From a virus, in UHGV virus genome UHGV-0268707: DNA of 20,927 nucleotides; one strand, written 5' to 3'. The position numbers were made by a program, and so were the translations under genes. Shown piece after piece: positions 15,721-20,927 of this stretch (its first letter is position 1; every line of letters starts with the position of its first letter). The notes under the pieces were generated by a model. The model saw only the letters and a program-made list of their open reading frames with translations. It did not search any database and was not told the origin of the DNA.

Positions 15721-15874
15721 GCGGGTTATTTGAGTGGTGTTTGCGGGTTATTTTGAATGTCTTGCGGGTTACATTCTGGCTGATATTTAGATACGTTGTT
15801 TTTTAACGTATTGATATTAAAGAGTAAAAAATACTTAGCACGCGAAGATAACCCGCTAACCCGCATAACCCGCA
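15721..15874. repeat. Iteron cluster 2: 3 inverted copies (GCGGGTTAT/C), an AT-rich spacer and 3 tandem direct copies of TAACCCGC(A), followed by a (TA)6 tract
   Basis: GCGGGTTAT at 15721 and 15743, GCGGGTTAC at 15764 (spacing 21-22 bp); AT-rich 15781..15840; ATAACCCGC-TAACCCGC-ATAACCCGC at 15848..15873; TATATATATATA at about 15884..15895. Same motif as cluster 1. Confidence 0.6.
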
Positions 15875-16049
15875 CTGTTTTGTATATATATATACGAAAA
15901 ATTGCATTCAGGGGGGGATCGAAATTTCTACTGCCTCTTATCTCTTTGAGTGCTCACCTCGTCAGATTGTTACACACAAGAAATAAAAAATGCTTCGCGA
16001 TGGTAGGTCGAATCACTGTATCAAAAAACGGTGTGTATCAGCATTAAAA

Positions 16050-16084
16050 CAATACAGATACGTGTATTGCGCTGTGTATTGCTC
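16050..16084. repeat. TGTATTG-containing repeats near the right end (one inverted copy plus two tandem 12-mers CGTGTATTGCGC/TGTGTATTGCTC)
   Basis: Near-identical to the tandem repeats at 798..821; the palindrome CAATACA-gatacg-TGTATTG lies at 16050..16069. Confidence 0.45.
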
Positions 16085-16153
16085 GATGATTTATAAAGAC
16101 TGTTTTTTCATGTTAAATGATTGATATACAGGTGATTTTAAAAAACTTGAAAT

Positions 16154-16894
16154 ATTCTTACCAAACACATGAATGTGTGGGTAACAGCAGAGTCTGCCTG
16201 GATGGACATGATTAAGTGGGAGAAATGCGAATATATTGCCCCACGACATGAGCTGAAAACGTATCCCATGTGGGTCGGCGTCGACCTTGCTCATAAGATT
16301 GATATCTGTGCGGCGGCAAAACTCTGGCGAACCGATAACGGACATGTTCATGCTGATTTTAAATTCTGGCTCCCGGAAGGACGGCTGGAGCGGTGCTCGC
16401 GGCAGCAGGCAGAACTTTACCGGAAATGGGCGGAGATGGATAAGCTCATCCTGACGGATGGTGATGTTATCGATCATGCTCAGATAAAAAGTGACTTACT
16501 GGAATGGATTGGTGGTGAAAACCTCAGGGAACTGGGATTTGACCCGTGGAGTGCAATGCAGTTCAGTCTGGCGCTGGCTGAAGAAGGTATACCGCTGGTG
16601 GAAGTTCCGCAGACGGTCCGCAATCTGTCAGAGGCCATGAAGGAAACGGAATCACTGGTCTATGCCGGACGTTTCCATCACAGTAATCACCCGGTCATGA
16701 ACTGGATGATGTCTAACGTTACGGTAAAACCGGACAAAAACGACAATATCTTCCCGAATAAATCCACGCCTGAAGCCAAAATCGACGGCCCTGTTGCGAT
16801 GTTTACAGCAATGAGCCGGATGCTGGTCAATGGCGGTGAACCGGAGCCGGATCTGTCTGAACACCTGATCAGTGTTGGTATCCGCTCGCTTTAA
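16154..16894 (+). pseudogene. terL: Prophage terminase large subunit, C-terminal portion (continuation of the gene interrupted at 669)
   Basis: Translation from 16154 (ILTKHMNVWVTAESAW...GVDLAHKIDICAAAKLW...NIFPNKSTPEAKIDGPVAMFTAM) aligns with the C-terminal half of the intact terL at 13978..15639 (MLTKRFNIWCQGATPW...GLDLSSTSDISSVCYAF...NIKPNKKKSSNKIDPSVAALMAF). The join with 1..669 is in frame (VNFFTK then HMNVW). Confidence 0.8.
16155..16165. repeat. Putative attR core (ttCTTACCAAa)
   Basis: TTCTTACCAAA at the point where terminase homology resumes; shares TTACCAA with the left junction. Confidence 0.45.
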
Positions 16895-16905
16895 CCGAGG
16901 TCATT

Positions 16906-17088
16906 ATGTTTCTGATAATTCTCACGCCACTGGTGGGCGTGCTGGGGGCGCTTTTGCTGTCGTATGGCGCATGGCTGATTTATCCCCCGGCAGGTTTTGT
17001 TGTTGCCGGGGTGCTGTGCCTGTGCTGGTCGTGGCTGGTTGCGCGTTATCTCGATCGCGGTCACTGGGGTACCTCCGGAGGTGAGTAA
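16906..17088 (+). CDS. Small membrane protein (two predicted transmembrane segments)
   Basis: 60-aa hydrophobic ORF with GAGGT RBS, between terL and portal. Confidence 0.45.
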   Translation: MFLIILTPLVGVLGALLLSYGAWLIYPPAGFVVAGVLCLCWSWLVARYLDRGHWGTSGGE

Positions 17089-18329
17089 TGTTTTTCCAGG
17101 GGCTTTTTCAACGTAAAAATAATCCCCCCGTCACAACGCCCGGGATGCTTGCGGAAGAACTTGGGTTGTCATATGACACCTATACCGGAAAGCGGATCAG
17201 CAGTAAGCGGGCCATGCGGCTGACGGCAGTGTATTCCTGCGTCAGGGTGCTGGCAGAGTCTGTTGGTATGCTGCCCTGCAGCCTCTACAAAATCACCGGC
17301 ACCCTGAAAACACGGGCGGTGGATGAACGACTGCATAAGCTGATTTCGGCAAAACCCAATGGCTACATGACGCCGCAGGAATTCTGGGAACTGGTCATTG
17401 TCTGCCTGTGTCTGCAGGGTAATTTTTACGCCTACAAGGTAAAGGCACTGGGGGAAGTGGTGGAGCTTCTCCCGATAGATCCGGGCTGTGTGGAACCGAA
17501 GCTGAACAGCCAGTGGCAGCCGGTTTATCAGGTGACGTTTCCGGATGGTTCCGTGGATGTGTTGACCCAGGATGAAATCTGGCATGTGCGCACCCTGACG
17601 CTGAACGGACTGGTCGGGCTGAATCCCATTGCGTATGCGCGTGAGGCCATTTCACTGGCAGCGGCAACCGAGGAGCACGGCGCCAGGCTGTTTGGTAACG
17701 GCGCTGTGACATCCGGTGTGTTGCGTACGGATCAACAACTTTCTGATCAGGCTTATGCGCGTATCAAAAAGGACTTTGAGGAACGGCATGTCGGGCTGGG
17801 AAATTCTCATCGTCCGATGATTCTGGAAATGGGGCTGGACTGGAAGCCGGTGGCACTGAATGCCGAGGACAGCCAGTTCCTGGAAACCCGCAAGTTTCAG
17901 CTGGAAGAAATCTGTCGTCTTTTCCGCGTGCCACTGCATATGGTGCAGAACACTGACCGCGCCACCTTCAACAATATTGAAGAGCTGGGGCTTGGTTTCA
18001 TTAACTATTCCCTTGTGCCGTATCTGACCCGTATTGAGCAGCGGATCAATACAGGGCTGGTCAGGGAGAGCAAGCAGGGGAAGTTTTACGCCAAATTTAA
18101 TGCCGGAGCATTGTTGCGTGGCGACATGAAATCCCGCTTTGAAGCGTATGCCACGGGGATCAACTGGGGGATTTATTCCCCTAATGACTGCCGTGATCTG
18201 GAGGATATGAATCCCCGACCAGGCGGTGATGTGTATCTGACACCGATGAACATGACCACCAGTCCCTCTGCTGGCGATGACAACGGTAAGAAAAAGGAGA
18301 GTGGAGATGCAGACAAAACAGCGTCTTGA
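17088..18329 (+). CDS. Portal protein, HK97 family (helper prophage)
   Basis: 413-aa ORF with GGAGGTGAG RBS, directly downstream of terL and upstream of protease and capsid genes; colinear distant similarity to the satellite portal. Confidence 0.85.
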   Translation: MFFQGLFQRKNNPPVTTPGMLAEELGLSYDTYTGKRISSKRAMRLTAVYSCVRVLAESVGMLPCSLYKITGTLKTRAVDERLHKLISAKPNGYMTPQEFWELVIVCLCLQGNFYAYKVKALGEVVELLPIDPGCVEPKLNSQWQPVYQVTFPDGSVDVLTQDEIWHVRTLTLNGLVGLNPIAYAREAISLAAATEEHGARLFGNGAVTSGVLRTDQQLSDQAYARIKKDFEERHVGLGNSHRPMILEMGLDWKPVALNAEDSQFLETRKFQLEEICRLFRVPLHMVQNTDRATFNNIEELGLGFINYSLVPYLTRIEQRINTGLVRESKQGKFYAKFNAGALLRGDMKSRFEAYATGINWGIYSPNDCRDLEDMNPRPGGDVYLTPMNMTTSPSAGDDNGKKKESGDADKTAS

Positions 18330-18957
18330 TATACCGCTGAACCTGAAATCCGTCAGTGATTCCGGGGAATTTGAAGGTTACGGTTCTGTTTTTGGTGTTA
18401 AGGACAGCCACGATGATGTGGTGGTCCCCGGAGCCTTTACCACAACACTCCAGAAATGGAGCGAAAAAAAGGCGCTGCCTGCGTTGCTCTGGCAGCACCG
18501 TATGGATGAGCCTATCGGTGTGTACACCGAAATGAAAGAAGATGATGTCGGGCTTTATGTCAGGGGGCGATTACTCGTTGATGATGATCCCCTGGCAAAA
18601 CGTGCACATGCCCATATGAAGGCCGGTTCTTTAACCGGCCTTTCTATTGGCTACATCCTGAAAGACTGGGAGTACGACCGGGAAAAAGGGGTATTCCTGC
18701 TGAAAGAGATCGACCTGTGGGAGGTCAGTCTGGTGACGTTTCCTTCCAATGATGAAGCACGCATCAGCGATGTGAAAAATGCGCTGGCGCGTGGGGAGAT
18801 CCCTGATCAGAAAATTATTGAGCGAGTCCTGCGCGATGTTGGACTCTCGCGAACCCAGGCCAAAGCATTCATGGCCGGGGGATATGGCGCTTTATCCCTG
18901 CGTGATGCTGAGGATGTGGATGCCGCACTGAATGCACTGAAAAATCTTAAATTTTAA
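18307..18957 (+). CDS. Prohead maturation protease, HK97 family (peptidase S78)
   Basis: AAGGAG RBS upstream of ATG 18307. EFEGYGSVFGVKDSHDDVVVPGAFTTTL...LLWQHRMDEPIGV...GLSIGY fits the S78 pattern. Confidence 0.85.
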   Translation: MQTKQRLDIPLNLKSVSDSGEFEGYGSVFGVKDSHDDVVVPGAFTTTLQKWSEKKALPALLWQHRMDEPIGVYTEMKEDDVGLYVRGRLLVDDDPLAKRAHAHMKAGSLTGLSIGYILKDWEYDREKGVFLLKEIDLWEVSLVTFPSNDEARISDVKNALARGEIPDQKIIERVLRDVGLSRTQAKAFMAGGYGALSLRDAEDVDAALNALKNLKF

Positions 18958-18971
18958 CCAGGAGAAAAATA

Positions 18972-20195
18972 ATGGCTGATGTTAAAGATGTGGAACAGGT
19001 CGCGCAGGAGTTGCAGCGGAAGTTTGACGATTTTAAGGAAAAAAACGACAAACGTATCGACGCGATCGAGCAGGAAAAGGGAAAACTTGCCGGAGAAGTG
19101 GAAACCCTCAACGAAAAACTGACTGAACTGGAAAATCTGAAAAGCGATCTTGAAGCTGAACTGGCTGAAGTCAAGCGTCCGGCAGGCGGCACGCAAAATA
19201 AAGTTGCCAGTGAACACAAAGAAGCGTTTATCGGATTTATGCGCAAGGGGCGTGAAGACGGTCTGCGTGAGCTTGAGCGTAAGGCGCTGCAGGTGGGCAA
19301 TGATGAAGATGGTGGTTATGCCATTCCGGAAGAACTGGATCGCACCATTCTTACGCTGCTGAAAGATGAGGTGGTGATGCGCCAGGAAGCCACTGTGATC
19401 ACCCTCGGTGGCTCGGATTATAAAAAACTGGTGAATCTGGGCGGCACAACGTCCGGATGGGTGGGGGAAACGGATGCACGTCCGGAAACCGCCACCTCAA
19501 AACTGGGGCTGATTGAACCCTTTATGGGGGAAATCTACGGCAACCCGCAGGCCACCCAGAAAATGCTCGATGACGCTTTCTTCAATGTGGAAGACTGGAT
19601 CAACAGTGAGCTGGCGCTGGAATTTGCCGAACAGGAAGAAATTGCCTTTACCAGTGGCGACGGCAGCAAAAAACCAAAAGGTTTTCTGGCTTACGAGTCC
19701 ACCGATGAAGATGACAAGACCCGTGCGTTTGGCAAACTTCAGCACATTGCTTCCGGTGCGGCTTCCGGCGTGACTGCCGATGCGATCATTAAACTGATTT
19801 ACACCCTGCGCAAGGCGCACCGCAGCGGCGCGAAGTTTATGATGAACAACAGCAGCCTGTTTGCCATTCGTCTGCTGAAGGATAACGACGGAAATTATCT
19901 GTGGCGTCCGGGTATTGAGCTGGGTCAGCCTTCTTCTCTGGCAGGGTATGGCATCGTTGAAAATGAGCAGATGCCGGATATTGCCGCCGATGCAAAAGCC
20001 ATTGCGTTTGGTAACTTCAAACGCGGCTATACCATTGTTGATCGTATCGGCACCCGCATCCTGCGCGATCCTTACACCAACAAACCGTTTGTGGGCTTTT
20101 ATACCACCAAGCGAACCGGCGGTATGCTGGTGGATTCTCAGGCGATTAAGCTGATGAAAATTGGGGCCGCAACCCGCCAGAAAGCCGCTGCGTAA
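18972..20195 (+). CDS. Major capsid protein, HK97 family (helper prophage)
   Basis: N-terminal coiled-coil delta region, GDGSKKPKGFLAYES and GNFKRGYTIVDRIGTRILRDPYT motifs; strong RBS. Confidence 0.9.
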   Translation: MADVKDVEQVAQELQRKFDDFKEKNDKRIDAIEQEKGKLAGEVETLNEKLTELENLKSDLEAELAEVKRPAGGTQNKVASEHKEAFIGFMRKGREDGLRELERKALQVGNDEDGGYAIPEELDRTILTLLKDEVVMRQEATVITLGGSDYKKLVNLGGTTSGWVGETDARPETATSKLGLIEPFMGEIYGNPQATQKMLDDAFFNVEDWINSELALEFAEQEEIAFTSGDGSKKPKGFLAYESTDEDDKTRAFGKLQHIASGAASGVTADAIIKLIYTLRKAHRSGAKFMMNNSSLFAIRLLKDNDGNYLWRPGIELGQPSSLAGYGIVENEQMPDIAADAKAIAFGNFKRGYTIVDRIGTRILRDPYTNKPFVGFYTTKRTGGMLVDSQAIKLMKIGAATRQKAAA

Positions 20196-20239
20196 TGCGG
20201 TTTTTTATGCCCGCACAGTGTTGCGGGCAGGAGTTTCTG

Positions 20240-20557
20240 ATGGCAGCAATAGTGGAAAAACTCAGGGCGCAGTGCCGTATTGATACAGATGATGCAACTG
20301 ATGATGAGTTACTGATGCTGTATTTCCGGGCTGCCTGCCGCAAGGCAGAAAATTTTATCAACCGTAAGCTTTATGAGGAGACGGTGCCGGAGGGGGATCC
20401 AGAAGGGGTGCTTATAGCTGATGATGTTTTGCTGGCGCTTATGTTGCTGGTCGGGCACTGGTACGAAAACCGGGAAAATTCCTCAGATGTCAGCAAGGCA
20501 CCAATCCCGTTTGGCTTTTCTTCTCTGCTGGAGCCTTATCGTTTTATTCCTTTGTAG
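20240..20557 (+). CDS. Head-tail connector protein (gp6-like)
   Basis: About 105 aa immediately after the capsid gene; pattern LRAQCRIDTDDATDDELLMLYFRAACRKAENFI...VLLALMLLVGHWYENRE typical of gp6-like connectors. GGCAGGAG RBS upstream of ATG 20240. Confidence 0.7.
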   Translation: MAAIVEKLRAQCRIDTDDATDDELLMLYFRAACRKAENFINRKLYEETVPEGDPEGVLIADDVLLALMLLVGHWYENRENSSDVSKAPIPFGFSSLLEPYRFIPL

Positions 20558-20565
20558 GAGGAAGC

Positions 20566-20904
20566 ATGCAGGCGGGCAGATTACGTGATCGCGTAATTAT
20601 TCTGAATGTCACCACCGCCCGCTCTCCGTCAGGGCATCCGGTGGAGACGGTGACGGAGGGAGCTACCGTATGGGCAGAAGTTAAGGGTATCAGCGGGAGG
20701 GAGATAATCTCAGGCGGAGCAGAAACCGCTCAGGCTACGGTCAGAGTCTGGATGAGATTCCGGCGCGATGTGACAGCGACTTCACGTCTGAAAGTGCTGA
20801 CCGGTGCATTTAAAGGGGCCATTCTGGGTATAGAAGGTCCACCAATACCGGATGCACGCGCTACCCGGCTTGAAATACTCTGCAGCCTGAAGGGGAATGT
20901 GTGA
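20566..20904 (+). CDS. Head closure / head-tail adaptor protein
   Basis: 112 aa with AGGAGG RBS; VWAEVKGISGREIISGGAETAQATVRVWMRFRRDVTATSRL fits the phage head-closure (head-tail joining) family pattern and position. Confidence 0.65.
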   Translation: MQAGRLRDRVIILNVTTARSPSGHPVETVTEGATVWAEVKGISGREIISGGAETAQATVRVWMRFRRDVTATSRLKVLTGAFKGAILGIEGPPIPDARATRLEILCSLKGNV

Positions 20905-20927
20905 TGGATTTCAGTCTTGATTTTTCA
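20904..20927 (+). CDS. Start of next morphogenesis gene (3' truncated by window end)
   Basis: ATG overlapping the preceding stop (TGATG); only 8 codons (MDFSLDFS) are visible. Confidence 0.25.

Larger units (their letters stand above)
662..16164. mobile_element. Integrated capsid-forming phage satellite (cfPICI-like), about 15.5 kb, inserted in the prophage terL gene
   Basis: Bounded by the two halves of one terminase ORF and by a shared TTACCAA core (662..668 and 16158..16164). Integrase lies immediately inside the left end. Content: int, alpA-like x2, Bro-N, control region, primase/helicase, iterons, SSB, cargo, full HK97-type capsid plus terS/terL, and no tail or lysis genes. Confidence 0.7.

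Noticed and set aside
15796-16047. 83-aa plus-strand ORF between terL and the right end
   Set aside because: Lies entirely within the AT-rich iteron, TA-tract and arm-repeat region, has a low-complexity hydrophobic translation and no RBS; more likely non-coding cis-acting DNA.
20196-20239. Rho-independent terminator after the helper capsid gene
   Set aside because: Two short hairpins are present (CCGC...GCGG followed by T6, and GCCCGCA...TGCGGGC), but the stems are short or lack a following U-tract and they overlap the next gene's RBS. At most an attenuator; not called.

Overview
This window reads as an enterobacterial HK97-like prophage head/packaging region (terminase large subunit, small membrane ORF, portal, S78 prohead protease, major capsid protein, gp6-like connector, head-closure protein) whose terminase large-subunit gene is split in two (1..669 and 16154..16894) by a roughly 15.5 kb integrative element (about 662..16164). 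The element has the architecture of a capsid-forming phage satellite (cfPICI-like): a P4-type tyrosine integrase at the left end, two AlpA-family regulators, a Bro-N protein, a divergent promoter/operator control region with small leftward regulators, an operon of small unknown ORFs leading into a DUF927-type primase/helicase, an SSB, a PerC-like regulator, one AT-rich leftward cargo gene, and then a complete but reordered HK97-type capsid and packaging module (major capsid protein, protease, portal, connector, HNH, TerS, TerL). It has no tail or lysis genes. Two clusters of the same 9-bp iteron (TAACCCGCA) sit after the primase gene and near the right end, and arm-type repeats (TGTGTATTGC) lie inside both ends. 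The flanking terL halves are in frame across a shared TTACCAA core, so precise excision would restore the helper gene. All calls rest on reading the sequence and the ORF translations by eye against remembered family signatures; no database search or computation was run, and coordinates of repeats, starts and hairpins are hand-counted.
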